The notes below the pieces were generated by a model that was not told the origin of the DNA, did no database searches, and saw nothing but the letters and a program-made list of their open reading frames with translations. Position numbers and translations under genes: made by a program. DNA of 63,366 bases, filler included, from Neoconidiobolus thromboides FSU 785 (taxonomy: Eukaryota > Fungi > Entomophthoromycota): the NCBI GenBank assembly GCA_025603075.1. It is 5 parts of 5 records of this genome, joined end to end, with 100 filler letters (N's around TTAATTAATTAA, not from the genome) between each part and the next. Parts side by side here need not be neighbours in the genome. Positions count along the whole stretch, not along the records: positions 1 to 21,265 come from MU626546.1; 4 more parts are not named here. One strand, given 5' to 3'. Within the stretch, counting starts at the first letter, position 1. The number at the start of each line of letters is the position of its first letter. This document shows, one piece after another, positions 1 to 12,680 of the stretch.

Positions 1-1789
1 GATGTGCAATTACAATAGTAGTTCTATCTTTAGCAGCATTATCTAGTGCTTTTTGAACAATTCTTTCTGACTCAGTATCTAAAGCTGAGGTAGCTTCATC
101 AAGTAATAATATAGTTGGATCCTTAATTATAGCTCTAGCAATAGCTATTCTTTGCTTCTGTCCACCACTCAATTGAGAGCCACGGTCACCAACCATAGTA
201 TCATATTGTTGTGGTAATTTCATGATAAAATCATGAATATTAGCTAGTTTACAAGCATTTACAACACGATCATGTAATTGTTTAGCATCAACTTTAAACT
301 CATCATCATTCTTTAAACCAAATAGTATGTTCTGTTTAATAGTAGTACCAAACAAACATGGTTCTTGACCTACTAAACTAACATGTTCTTTTAAGAATTT
401 ATTTGAGATTTTAGATATATCTATTCCATCTAACAAAACTCTTCCAGATGTTGGTGCATAGAACCTTTCTATCAATCCAACACATGTACTTTTACCACTA
501 CCAGAATGACCAACTAAAGCAACAGTTTGTCCTTTTGATGCTTCAAAAGTAATACCTTTAAGGATCTGAACATCTGGCCTAGATGGATAACTGAATTGTA
601 CATTTTCAAATGTTATGTTTCCCTTAACTGATGATATTTTAGATTGATTTCTTAAATGCTCATCAGTTACTAAAAACGGATCAATGTTTGATTTCCTTTC
701 AATAATTTCAAATAATTTAGCAGCAGCACCTTGAGCAGTAGAAATAGCAGTCAAGGAAGCGGAGGTCATACCAAGCATTGTGGATCCAATCAAAACATTG
801 AAGAAAACAATTAAAACATCAGTAGCACTTTCTTCATTATTTAAAATTAATTTACCACCATACCACATAGCTAAAGCGTAACTCAAAAATACAACGAGTA
901 AATTAATACCATTACTAATACCAGAAAATATAGCTTTACGAAACCCAGTTTTACGTGCTAATTTTAATTTTTCTTCATATCGATTTTGTTCCCTTTCTTG
1001 GGTATTAAAAGAATAAATTGTTTTGATAGCTGATAATACTTCTTCTACTATAGATCCAGCTTCACCATAAACTTCTTGACCATCTTTAGATACATTAGCA
1101 ATTAGTTTACTGGTTAGCATACCAGCAATTACTAGTAAAGGTATTGAACTTAACATAACCAAAGTCAACTTCCACCCATTTATAATAGCTATCAGAAAAG
1201 CACCAATAAAACAAGACACATACTGAATCAGTAAACCAACTTTATCTGATATACCATCTTGAATTAAATTAATATCACTAGCTATACGTGAAGCTATATC
1301 ACCTGAAGAGTTAATATCAAACCAACCTACTTCCTGAGTTAGTATAGAATAATAATATTTATTTCGTATCCTCAAAGCTTGAGTTTCTCCTACTATCAAC
1401 CAAAGCGAAAGTTGAAGGTAAGCAGCTATTGCTATAATGATCCCAATAATTACAAATAAGATACATAAAAAATCAGTGGCTTGTTTTAAATTGGTATTAG
1501 CAAGCTCGGGATTTTCTAAATAACTTTTTTGATATTCTCCAAGAAGTCCAATGAGTTGAGCACATAATAAAAGTAAGATGGGTTGCGACAAACCATTGAT
1601 AACAGAGGCTATGGTAGCTAATAACAAGAGTAATTTATCTTCAAAAGTAGAAAATTGAAATAACTTGATAAAGGGGACAGGTTGAGTAGTTGTTGAGAGC
1701 TCATTTTGGGGATCAAGTTCTTTCTCAACCACTTTACTTAGGCTTGTATCTTTTTTTTTGGGCTTGAAATAAGCTTTTAGTTTATCCAT
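1..1789 (-). CDS. ABCB1: ABCB/MDR-type (P-glycoprotein-like) ABC transporter, N-terminal TMD1+NBD1; runs off the window start
   Basis: Manual minus-strand translation from ATG at 1789 (MDKLKAYFKPKKKD...) gives membrane helices, then FRYP-like SYPSRPDVQILKG, Walker A VALVGHSGSGKST, signature LSGGQKQRIAIARA and Walker B ILLLDEATSALD. Absent from the ORF track because its stop is outside the window. Confidence 0.95.
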   Translation of the reverse strand, partial: MDKLKAYFKPKKKDTSLSKVVEKELDPQNELSTTTQPVPFIKLFQFSTFEDKLLLLLATIASVINGLSQPILLLLCAQLIGLLGEYQKSYLENPELANTNLKQATDFLCILFVIIGIIIAIAAYLQLSLWLIVGETQALRIRNKYYYSILTQEVGWFDINSSGDIASRIASDINLIQDGISDKVGLLIQYVSCFIGAFLIAIINGWKLTLVMLSSIPLLVIAGMLTSKLIANVSKDGQEVYGEAGSIVEEVLSAIKTIYSFNTQEREQNRYEEKLKLARKTGFRKAIFSGISNGINLLVVFLSYALAMWYGGKLILNNEESATDVLIVFFNVLIGSTMLGMTSASLTAISTAQGAAAKLFEIIERKSNIDPFLVTDEHLRNQSKISSVKGNITFENVQFSYPSRPDVQILKGITFEASKGQTVALVGHSGSGKSTCVGLIERFYAPTSGRVLLDGIDISKISNKFLKEHVSLVGQEPCLFGTTIKQNILFGLKNDDEFKVDAKQLHDRVVNACKLANIHDFIMKLPQQYDTMVGDRGSQLSGGQKQRIAIARAIIKDPTILLLDEATSALDTESERIVQKALDNAAKDRTTIVIAH

Positions 1790-2647
1790 TTTTATTAATT
1801 AGGTTTGTTATTTTAAGTTGATAGTTTTCTTAGAATTATTTATACTATTTTTTGGCTTGAACCTGAGTACAGCTGCCACAGCTTTATTGCGATCTAATTT
1901 GCAAGTATTTTTATGACTAGCTATTTGTTTAAATTTTCTTAGACCCTAGAATCATAGATTTGGTCTTATTTTGACTAAATTTTATTTTAGAATGTACGAT
2001 TAAATCGCAATATAGCTGTTACAGCTATAAATTTCTATTAAAATTAAATATAAATATAAATCTATGACCCATTACTGCATGAATAATTAAATAATCACTG
2101 CGGATATTGAAGGAATAAATGCTGCGAAGATTAACTATGATAATCAATTAAAGTTTATTTAGTTTTGGTTAGCTTATTAGGGTATAATTATACAAAAAAT
2201 CATTTTATTCTGATAAACTCTGCTCCCTAAAATTGATTGTAATGAATCAACAATTAGATTTGATTTATTTCCTATACTGAAATTGAAGCAATTAAATACA
2301 AAAATTTAGACCAACTGGGTGTCTCCGTGAGTTTTTTAAATTTCTTAAACAAACTTAACATGGTGAAAGTATAAATTGCAATGGTAGATAACTTTTGTTA
2401 CAAAATCATCTCTATTTTCAACTGAAAACCTTTTTACTATAATAGTTCTATTAATTTTTTTTACTTTTAGTAAAAAATTTATCAAAATATCTCAAATAGC
2501 AGAAGTATTTATACCTGTATGTATGCTACTATTTTAAGTTTCTATAAAAAATAGTAAAAAAATTATTACCAAGATAAAAAGCATCAAAAAGAGCTTTTTG
2601 AGCTTGAGGAGGGTCTTTTTTAAAAATCAACAAAGTTAAAAAACAAT

Positions 2648-2750
2648 TATTGGGGATATATTTTTGTGTTTAAAAATTTTACTAACAAATTTTCCGCTTG
2701 AATAGCGCTTAAAAATGTAAAAATAATGAAGTCAAAAAAAACACTACCGT
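2648..2750 (+). mobile_element. MITE-like family A copy (degenerate right end)
   Basis: tggggatata...aatttt actaacaaattttccgc...aatagcgcttaaaaatg...aatgaagtcaaaaaaaacact matches the family consensus. Confidence 0.75.
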
Positions 2751-2994
2751 TGTTTTTTAAAATTACATAAAATGAAGTTCAAAAAATTTCATTTATCAAA
2801 TAATGTGAGTATTGTATAAAAGTATGCTATTTATTTTTTTAATTTTTTTCAAGTTTTGTTTTCAGATACATTAATTTAAGGATTGATAGCTTTGACTTTT
2901 AAGGCATTACTAACGACACATGCTTATAAAGACTTAAATAAATGTCTTAAATAGAATTTAAAGCTATTTTTTTTCTATAATTTAAGTAAACAGT

Positions 2995-3100
2995 ATTTGG
3001 GGATATCTTTTTGTATTTAAGAATTTTACTACCAATTTTTCCGCCTAAATAGGGCTTAAAAAATGGAAAAAGTAATGAAACCAAAAAAACATCCCCATTT
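2995..3100 (+). mobile_element. MITE-like family A copy
   Basis: tggggatat...gaattttactacc...aaatagggcttaaaaaatggaaaaag...aaacatcccca; both TIRs present. Confidence 0.85.
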
Positions 3101-4141
3101 TATTAAGAAAAATGGTAAAACTTTAAAGAAAAGTTCTTATAAAAAGAATATAAAAAAATAATATCCCTGAACTCAAAGGAGTGAATTAAGGAGGCTATGG
3201 CCAGGCTTGGACTTTAATAATCTAACTGATACTAACATTAAATACTCGAATATGAAAATTGTCATTTTTCGACTATACCTTGAAACGAGAGTATCATAAT
3301 ACTAGGATTAGAGTAACTCTAGTTAAAGTCTCAGAATATAACTGAGATTATCGTAAGAAATGTCTTTATTTTATTATTTTTATATTTTTCATGGAATGCA
3401 AAATAACAAAAATTATTATATTTTAAGATATCACATCTATTATAATATTCGCAAATGCTATAAAACAGCAGATTACTCACTGTTTTTTAATTTCATTACT
3501 TTTCATTCTTAAGCATCATTAAGTCAAAAAATGTTAATAGATTTCTTAAACAGAAAGAGACATCCTTGTAAAACATTACAAATTGCAAGATTTAATTTTT
3601 GAATAAAATATTATATGTTATTTATAGTATTTTTATTTTTATACATATTGTGGAATCTGGTACTCAGGGTTTGGAGTCAAGAACAGCTATTGCTGGGTTG
3701 ACTACACTATAAGTCGAAAAGTCTTAGTTTATGTGACTAAGATAGACTTGGATTATGAGAAATAGCACGTAATAGGTTACAAGCTATATAAGACAAATAG
3801 AATAGACAATACTAATGTGAAATCTACGTAAAATCTACGTAAAATACTATTAAGAAAACTTAGTGGCTTTATTAAATGTTCGAGATATCAGGGAATAATT
3901 CAGTTAAAAAGCCTCGAACTATTATACTCTGTAAACTCTTTTATACTCTGAAAAGTATAAATATCAAAATGAGAAGATAATATTGTTTTGGATGGAGCTA
4001 GAAATTCTCATAACAAATCAAAATAAGAAGATGGGATTGATTTCCTCTGAACTCGAGAACACAACAGCTTAGGCGATTGTTATGTTATAATTAACCATGG
4101 GACTGACAAAGCGATATTCCACACATATTACTATTTATAAT

Positions 4142-4245
4142 ATATGGGGATGTGGTTTTTTATTTAAGAATTTTACTAATAACTTTTTCACTTAAATAGT
4201 GCTTAAAAGATGAAAAAGTAATGAAATCAAAAAACATCCCCATAT
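4142..4245 (+). mobile_element. MITE-like family A copy
   Basis: Perfect terminal inverted repeats atatggggatgt ... acatccccatat. Confidence 0.9.
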
Positions 4246-4321
4246 ATTTAATCACTTTATAAAATTCACCTTACAAAAAGCTCTCTAAACGAAAAGCTAT
4301 ATTAAAAGCCTTTTTTATCTA

Positions 4322-4429
4322 ATATGGGGATTTTTTCTGGCTTTATCACTTTTTCATCTTTTAGGTGCTATTATTTAAGTGGAAAAATTGTTACTAAAAT
4401 TCTTAAACGCAAAAATACATCCCTGATAT
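4322..4429 (-). mobile_element. MITE-like family A copy, inverted relative to 4142-4245
   Basis: Reverse-complement match to the consensus (ggaaaaattgttactaaaattcttaaac...aatacatccc). Confidence 0.8.
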
Positions 4430-5116
4430 GTTTATAGAACTGTGAATTCTTAAATATCCAGAATACCAACTGTACTATTTTCATAGCATAATATACTAGT
4501 AGGATATGCCGTTATTTAAACAGCAAAATAATTTTACACTTCATATGATAACTTAAAAAGTTATAACATCCATTTAAAACCGTCCGTCTCATATTTCCCT
4601 TTAGTTATTTATTATAACGTTTATATTAGTTGTTTAGCTATCTTTAACAGTAGGTTATGCTCTTTTCTGTAAGAGTGAGATCAATCAAAATTTTAAACAC
4701 ATCTTTATTTATCTAAAACAAACTTTTTGTTCTATTAATATTGTTAAATTAATGCTTGTCAAAAGTCTAGAATAAGGTTGCTACAGTTAATTAGTTCAAA
4801 TATGGAAAGTAAAAATGTTTGGCACTTCATACCTTTTATAAATTAATTAAATAAGAGAATGAAACAATACTAAATATTATTTATTTTAAATTTGTCTATA
4901 GCTTATCAATTGATGCAGTTAATTAGTAAATAAATGGAACGATAAGTCATGGCTTTGCCCAAAAATCTACAATAAAATAGTAACCTTGGGCTAATATTTC
5001 TCGAAAAGGTAGAACTCAAACAGAGTGGGGCTAATAGATCAGCTCATACTTACCGTTAAAAAACTGTAAATTTAAGATTGTTGAAATTTTGAAATTTTTC
5101 ATGTTTTAATTATATA

Positions 5117-8100
5117 ATGTTTAAGTATAAAACTTTACCTTATAAAACACTTGATCTTTATATAACTCAAAGTGCCTTTTATGTCTGCTCTGTGAGTCAA
5201 GATAAAAGGATAGATTTACCAGAAGATAAGGCTGAACTGAAGCTAGAGAATGAGAAAAATAGCAAAGCTGAGGATCCAGAAATAGACTCGAGAAATAGTT
5301 TCAATTTAATCAAAGAAGATGCACAAAAGTCAATAAATGAAAACGAAAATGAAACTTTAAAAACTGATAGCTTAAGTTCTAACAAAGTTTTGAAAGAATC
5401 CGGAACTAAACCTGGTATAAGAATCAAATTAAGTCAAAATTCAATCCAACTATTTGATAATAGATCTATTACTTCAATTACAGATGTTTCTAATAAATCA
5501 GAAACAATATTACCAACCTTTTCGTTACCTAATGTATCGCCAAATAAGAACATAAATTCTATTGATGAATCAAAGCCAAATAAATATCTTAAAATTAGTT
5601 TTGATAGAAGAATTCACCCAATTGAGATCGGTAATTATATTTTTATATCATAAAATTTATTTTAAATAACCATATTTAGATAACCTAATCTTAGAAGAAC
5701 CTTATAAAAAATATAGGATATATGGAATTGTTGGAAGTTTGAGGCTTTTGACTGGTAATTTAAATTTAAATTGATAACATTTTACAATATAACTATAACT
5801 ACTATTTAGGTTGGCACTTGATAGTGATATCAAAAATAAAAAAAGTAGGTTCATTTAACAAGAAACCTGTCTACCATATTGAAGAAATTAATATTTTACC
5901 ATATGATTACACTTTAAGTGTCCTTGCTTTCGAAGTAATAATTATTCAAATGTTTAATCCAGTCATATTAACAAACATAGGAAAATTTCAATGAAGATGA
6001 TAGCGCTAATGAGTCTCCAAAGGCTGAAGAGCCTAATCCATTGGTCGGTCAAGGAAAAGGCTCTGAGAGTAGTACACCGAATTTATTTGATCGCTTGAAA
6101 GCTGTTGTGCAAGCATATGATAAAAGAGTGGAAGATAAAAAGAAAGACATGAGTCCAACGCTTCATGAAAGGGTAGAAGGTATTGTTTCTGATATAAGTT
6201 AAGGATAACTAATTACAATTGTAGGACTAAAACTTGAATTGCCAAACTCACCTATAAATCCAATGTCAGATGATGATGCCACACCAATAAGTTCTCCCGG
6301 GCTAAAAAGCATTAGCTGGGATAGTGCAAGTGAAACATCGAATTTAGAAAGTCCAAATAAAGATATCAAACAAAATGATGCTACTCAAAAAACTTATGCT
6401 GAAAATACAAGGATGCTAAATTCTATAAATAATAGAAAATCATCAAGGTCAGAAGATGAGCTTTTAGAAGCAAGGATCAAGAGAGAAATACGAAAACTAT
6501 TTGGAGTTGATGGTAATATGTATATGTCCTACTACTATGATCTTACCAATAGCCTTCAAAGAAAAGAGTCTATACACAAAAACGAAAATAGTTTTTTTGA
6601 AGAGTTCAATAACGAGTTTTGGTGGAATAGAACTATTCAATTGGATTTTATACAAGGAAATTTAGATCTTTGGATTATACCTATCATTCAAGGCTATTTT
6701 CAAACAGAGTTATGTGAAATTGATGGGTTTCAATTTAATCTTACTGTTGTTTCAAGGAGGAGTGTAAATCGGTTAGGAATGAGATATCAAAGACGTGGTG
6801 TTAATGAGTGCGGTGATGTAGCCAATTTCACTGAAACTGAACAAATTTTAGAATTAAAGCGCGAAAGTATAAATCATGTATGCTCCTTTTTACAAATTCG
6901 CGGATCGATCCCTTTGTTTTGGAGCCAGAGTCCTTATTCGTTGAGACCAATCCCAATCATGGAGCGAGGAGGACCAGAAAACTTAGATGCCTTCATTAAA
7001 CATTTAGCAAAGTTAACGCACGTTTATGGGAACCAATTGTCACTTGTCAATTTGGCTGAGCAAAGTGGTAGAGAAAGTATCGTTTCATCAGCCTTTAGAA
7101 ATTATTTGAACTCTTCCAAAGATAAAGCCAAAAGTATAGCTGATAAAGTAGAATTGATAGAATTTGATTTCCACAGAGAAACTCAGGGTATGAATTATGA
7201 GAATTTGAGTAAATTAATTCAAGTATTGGAGCCACAATTTGGTGACATTGGTTATTACTGGAAGAATCAAACCGAAAATACAACTTTCACCCACCAAGAA
7301 GGAATATTTAGAACCAATTGTATGGATTGTCTAGATCGTACAAACGTTGTCCAAAGTGCCCTTGCTCGTTATGTTTTAAACACACAATTATTTAGATTAG
7401 GAGTCCAAGAGCATCCTGATAAAGGCTTAGGATACCATGAAGCATTTGAAATGGTTATCAACGATTTGTGGGCTAATAACGGCGATGCTATTTCTCAAGC
7501 ATATGCTGGAACGAGTGCACTTAAAGGAGATTTTACGCGCACTGGAAAAAGAAATTTACAAGGATTAATGAATGATGCAACTAACTCGTTATCCAGATTT
7601 TATCTAAACGCTTTTAAGGATTTCTTTACTCAAGCTGTGCTAGATTACCTTCAAGGTCATCATAGACTTGAAAAATTTAGAGAAGTTGCAGAGACTCATA
7701 TTGCTACAGAACCTGGGCTAGAAGAACGATTGAAAAAGATTCGCGTGAATGCAGTAGAGGTTAGCGCTTCTATTATCCTCATGGATAATGAAACCAAATT
7801 AGCGGGATGGACTTTATTATCCCCTTTGAAATTAAACAGAGTATTTCATCTAAAACTAGAGGAAAAGATTATAATTTTAACTACATGTTCCATCTATATA
7901 TGCTCCTTCCACTATGGCTTAGAAAAAGTGATCCAATTTACACGTATCCCGCTTGAAAAAGTGGTTAAGATTAAGGTTGGGGAGTATTTTTTAACACCTT
8001 CTGATTTAAAAGCTGCTGAGAGCCCAATGGACGGTTTCCCTCCAGTTTCTACTGATGACCCAAGCTGCTATGGCATGGTTGTATACTATCTATGGAATCA

Positions 8101-8710
8101 ACAATTAGATAAAGATAATAATAAATCATTAAGGAGCCGTGAACCATCGAAGCTTTTCCAAATCATGTCTGGAACTAATGGGACTAAAAAACAAGAACAC
8201 AATAATACCAAAGCTTCCAATAGTCCGTTTAAGCTTATAACGAATAGTAAATTGGAAATGAGATTCATTGCATTAAAAGGTGTACCAAATTTAATCCCAT
8301 CCGCTAAGAGCAACGAGTCTGATTTTAAAAATGTTAATCAAAGCACAACAAATATCATTGAAAATCTAATGGATAAAGAATGTGCGACATCAAACAACTC
8401 TTTCTTTGCTGGCCATAAAATAATTAGTACATTATCGACCGAAAAGAATGATAGTGATTTAGGCGAGACATTATCTCCTTATGGTGTTATACAGCTGGCT
8501 AAAGATAAGATAACTCTTGCTTATTGGAATCGAGTTTCTGAAGTACAATCTAATTCTGACTTAGACCTAGGTGAAGGTCTTCAAATTGAAGAAGAGTCTA
8601 TCCTTACTGCTGATGGGTTACGTAAACATTTATACCCAACCGGAAGTACTTTATTAATGACGCCAAAAATTATAAGCGATCAAATCGTAAAAAGACTGAC
8701 CCAACAATGA
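5117..8710 (+). CDS. INPP5F: SAC1-domain phosphoinositide phosphatase with C-terminal hSac2 domain (SAC2/INPP5F-like), multi-exon
   Basis: Long exon has RLGMRYQRRG, FLQIRGSIPLFWSQ, catalytic RTNCMDCLDRTNVVQ (CX5RT) and WTLLSP..EEKIIILT (hSac2). Upstream short exons bounded by GT..AG encode the SacI N-terminal RIYGIVGSLRLLTGWHLIVIS. The start at 5117 is inferred. Confidence 0.88.
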
Positions 8711-9347
8711 TAGGAGATATAATACAGATAAATAATGATTTATCAAGTCATAAATCTAGAATTTGATTAGATACATTATTTTTTAATTTTAATATAAGTT
8801 CGCTAATATAATCTACTAGTAAAGAAGCAAAATATATTGCTACTTTTGCTTTTTTGCTATAAATCCATGATGCTATTATAATATCAAAATATTACTATCG
8901 CTCTTTTAGCATTGTATATTATCTAATTTTTTTAATACGTTTTTTTATAGCAATTAATAAATAGTTAATAAATTTATTAGATGCTTATCGTTTTGATCTT
9001 TATAAAATAATATGCATATCTGTTAATAAATTTTCATAGTGTAAAATAATGCTCAAAATATTTTGAATGAGTCAAATATAGGCATATGGTGTGATGAAAT
9101 ATGTCGATGATATTTTGGATATACTGGATTTGATATTAAATTCGTTTGTAAATGATATTTAATATACATCATATTTGATTAAATAATAAGCATTACTATA
9201 CAATGCTAGATGAGTTAATTTATTCTCTGCTAAGTTAGAAAATCAGAAATAAAATAAAATCAGTCTTATTTTTTTATTTATATTAGCTTAGATAAAAACA
9301 AGTTGTCTATAATAGTTGACTAATTTTTCGATTGAAAATTGTAATGA

Positions 9348-9719
9348 TTACCCAATATTATTATTATTTTTCTTGAACAGCAATTTCAAATCCTCCTCTT
9401 TTAAATGCTTCCAAACTGCCAAAAATTCAATATCATGTTCTGCATTTTTCCAAAGACTTTCTAGCTTACTTTGGCCTCTCTCATAACGATAAAGTTCAAA
9501 CAACTCCCTTACATTATATTGCAATTTATTTTTGTAATTTGGAATAGGGAACTGGCTTACTTCTCTTAGTGCTTTTCGATAGAGATGTATACTTTTTAAT
9601 TCCTTTGTTTGAGCTCTTAGTTGAGTTAAAGACTTTGATTTATTTTCTAATCCTCGAAACGTAGCTGCTCCTTTTGATTTAAAGCTATTAGCCGCCTTTA
9701 TAATTTTTGACGAAAACAT
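9348..9719 (-). CDS. LYR-motif (Complex1_LYR family) small mitochondrial protein
   Basis: IHLYRKALRE...NVRELFELYR fits the LYR pattern; basic Ser/Ala-rich N-terminus resembles a mitochondrial presequence. First ATG is at 9719 (the track's 9746 start is TTG). Confidence 0.75.
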   Translation of the reverse strand: MFSSKIIKAANSFKSKGAATFRGLENKSKSLTQLRAQTKELKSIHLYRKALREVSQFPIPNYKNKLQYNVRELFELYRYERGQSKLESLWKNAEHDIEFLAVWKHLKEEDLKLLFKKNNNNIG

Positions 9720-9818
9720 GAAAATATTTAAAGATGCAAAAAACAATTTTTTTAAAAATAGTCAATAAATTTTATAAGGCAAGCAACAAAAATAGGTTTA
9801 AACCATTTTATACCTAAA

Positions 9819-10676
9819 ATGGAAGCAAGTCTAGATAAAGATGCTTTGTATGAATGCTCATTGTATGGTTTGTTTTCTAATGGGGACTATGAAAGAGTAA
9901 GAGAGTTAGTAATTGCTTTATGTGGGGAAGATTTTATTGAAATAAGGCACCATGAGTTGGTGCTATTTCCTACAAGTGAGTAGATTTTTACTATTAATTT
10001 TTAAATTAAATGAATATTAGTAACTACTCCTGTTGGGCCAAGTAGAAATGATGATTTAGCTTTGAGGTTGAGAAATGGCTATATCAATAGGTATTCCAAA
10101 GCACGTTCCAATAAATGGTAAAATAAAAAGACTCTTATTGGTATAAGTAATCTAATGTTTCTAAGGCAACTTTACATGCAAGGGAAACCAGATTCAAGAC
10201 CGGATAGAAGTGTTACAGTCAGGCCAGTTATTTATACTAGGATTGTTGGAAACTTTTCAAAGTTTTTTCTGGCATTAGGCTATACGTAAGTTTTTTTAAC
10301 TCCAAAAGATCAAGCGTTTAAATAATTGTAGCAATGAATATGAAACAGCAAAGGAAGGTTTTTGTTATTTTTTTAACAACAGTGTCACTATATCAATCTA
10401 TAAGCTTTACAAGGTAATATGAAGTTAAATATTATAATTAACCTGAGCTTTAATTTTCAGGTAGGAAAAAGGTTTGATATGAGTACATTGTTTAATATTG
10501 ATGGTAATGACTCTTGGGTAATGGAAGTTAGTTCTGTTCCAGGACCAGTTGAAAGCATACCAAGTTCGGTTGAGACCCTGGATTCAATTCAGGACTATTT
10601 AAAAGATACTATACATATACAATATGTCGATCATCTTATATTGGAGAATAGAATCAGTTATCGTAATACTGAATAA
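9819..10676 (+). CDS. MED18: Mediator head subunit 18 (Srb5), multi-exon
   Basis: Joined exons give YECSLYG...LVIALCG...HHELVLFPT, GKPDSRPDRSVTVRPVI...FFLALGY, and C-terminal LKDTIHIQYVDHLILENRI, matching recalled Med18 motifs. Confidence 0.85.
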
Positions 10677-10999
10677 AGAGTTAAAGTAAAGCAAAGAACT
10701 GATATCTTTTTTTACTATAATCTTAATTGTGTGGCTTTAAATATGATGTTTACTAAAATTACTCTATTTTACGCCAGAAAGCAACAATATATTTTAAATT
10801 AAACAGGTTTCAGTGTTATTATAAATAATGTGATTTTAAATGATCGTTGAATTCTAAAGATATGTTAAAGGTAGAAATATTGATTCATGACATAATAAAA
10901 GTTGTAGTTTCACTTTAACTTGAAGTAAAATAAATAAACATATATAATTCTTTAGGTTTATTCTCATACAATGAATTATAATTAAATATAGATAACATG

Positions 11000-12533
11000 C
11001 TAATTACCATGCTTTGCTCTTTTTGAACTTGATTTTGCATGAGTTTTTTCCTCTTTCTTCTTTGTTTGACTTGGTTTGGTAGGTATACTTTGGGTGTGTA
11101 ATTTAGCCATAGTTTTAGCATCCTGTTGTAATTTACGTGTAGGATAGCTTATGGTATTTGATTCAAAGATACTAAATGTCTGGTTATAAATTAAGCTCAT
11201 CTATTTCTCTTATAAATATACCTACTTTTTACTTGGTAGTGGCTCTTCTTTAAAGTAAGGATGGTTTAAAGCCTGTTTAGCAGTTATCCTCAACTTTGGA
11301 TCATATATCAGCATTGACTCTAAAAGTTGAAACCCAGCCTCACTTTTAACATGACATGCATTAAACAACGATCTCAATGAGTTATAATGCCTAAACCGAA
11401 TTAAATAGTTAAATAAATCATCAGAAATATTACTTTTTAAAGGCACTCATGTGACTATAATCTGGCATATATTGTAAGTCATTCCATTTATCAACTAAAA
11501 ATTAAATTTAACTTGAATAAAAGCCATCATTATTCTTACCAGTAGGATTTCCCAAGACTTCAATAATTTTCAACATTTGGTTTTTTTGGAATGGAATCGT
11601 GCGTTTTTCCATACGTAACTCTTCCCCTTTAAATAATGGTCTTGAAATCAACATTTCTCCAAAAATACAACCGACTGACCACATGTCTAAAGTTGTTTGT
11701 AAAAGATACCATTTAAATAGCTAAAAAATACCAATTGCTTTAGTGTAATGTCTAGCACCTAGAATGAGTTCTGGAGCTCTATACCAAACTGTTACTACTA
11801 CTTTGTCCGAATTGTAAAGCGGCTGAATTGGTCTAAAAAAGGACCTTGCTAAACCTAAATCTCCAACTTTAACTAAACCTTGATCGGTTATTAGTAAGTT
11901 GGCAGGCTTTAAATCACGATGCATGACCCAGTTTTCATGTAAATAATGTACACCATTTAATAGCTGCCATAACAATGATTTGATCATTTTTTCTGGCAAT
12001 GGTGTTCTAAGGGTATAAGCATGGTGATGAATTATTTGCTACTCAATTAGAATGTATAATGACAATAATAATAAATTATAATACTTGGAAATCATGCTCA
12101 GCATAATCAAAAACCATATAGATAGATCCTTCTTCTAATACAACCTCTTCTAATGATATCAGATTATCATGCTTTAATTCCCTACAAAGCTAAAACAGTT
12201 TTAAAATAAACAAGTAATAGAACTGTAAAGTACGTTAATTTCTCTGGTTGCAGATTGGGAAATTCCCGTAGCAGCCGCATCTTGGCCTTCTTTTTCAGGC
12301 TTAAACTTCTTTATTGCAAAGAACCTTGATCCAGTACTTTAAAAAAATTAGACATTTTGTGATTATTTCGTCGTTATTTACCTATCATTAATAAAGGCTT
12401 TATATACTCGCCCATAGGTACCGGATGAAATAAATCCAAGGAAATGATATCTATCAAAGATAGACTTTTGATTTTGTCGAAATCTTGTTTTGTACTCCGT
12501 TATTAATTTTTTATTTACTTGATATGTTGCCAT
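11000..12533 (-). CDS. CDK8: Cyclin-dependent kinase 8 (Srb10/Ssn3), Mediator kinase module, multi-exon
   Basis: [72 protein letters not shown] (CDK8-type activation loop). Last exon splices as ...PLPSKNIFES...YPTRK and ends at 11000. Confidence 0.95.
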
Positions 12534-12680
12534 TTGTGTTTATTTTGAAAAAGTTTATAAAGTTTAATCTCTCTGCACAAATTTAGTGCTTAAAATTTAA
12601 AAGACATGAATTTTGAGAAACACTCTTTAATTTAAAATGAACAAATTTCATAATAGTTTTCTAACTATACTTAAACAAAG

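Noticed and set aside
5197-8313. Antisense ORFs within the SAC gene (5197, 7095, 8098), and similar antisense or off-frame ORFs in POM152, SQS1, ACSL, CSE1 and the GPCR
   Set aside because: They overlap well-supported genes, many start at non-ATG codons, and none shows a recognisable motif.
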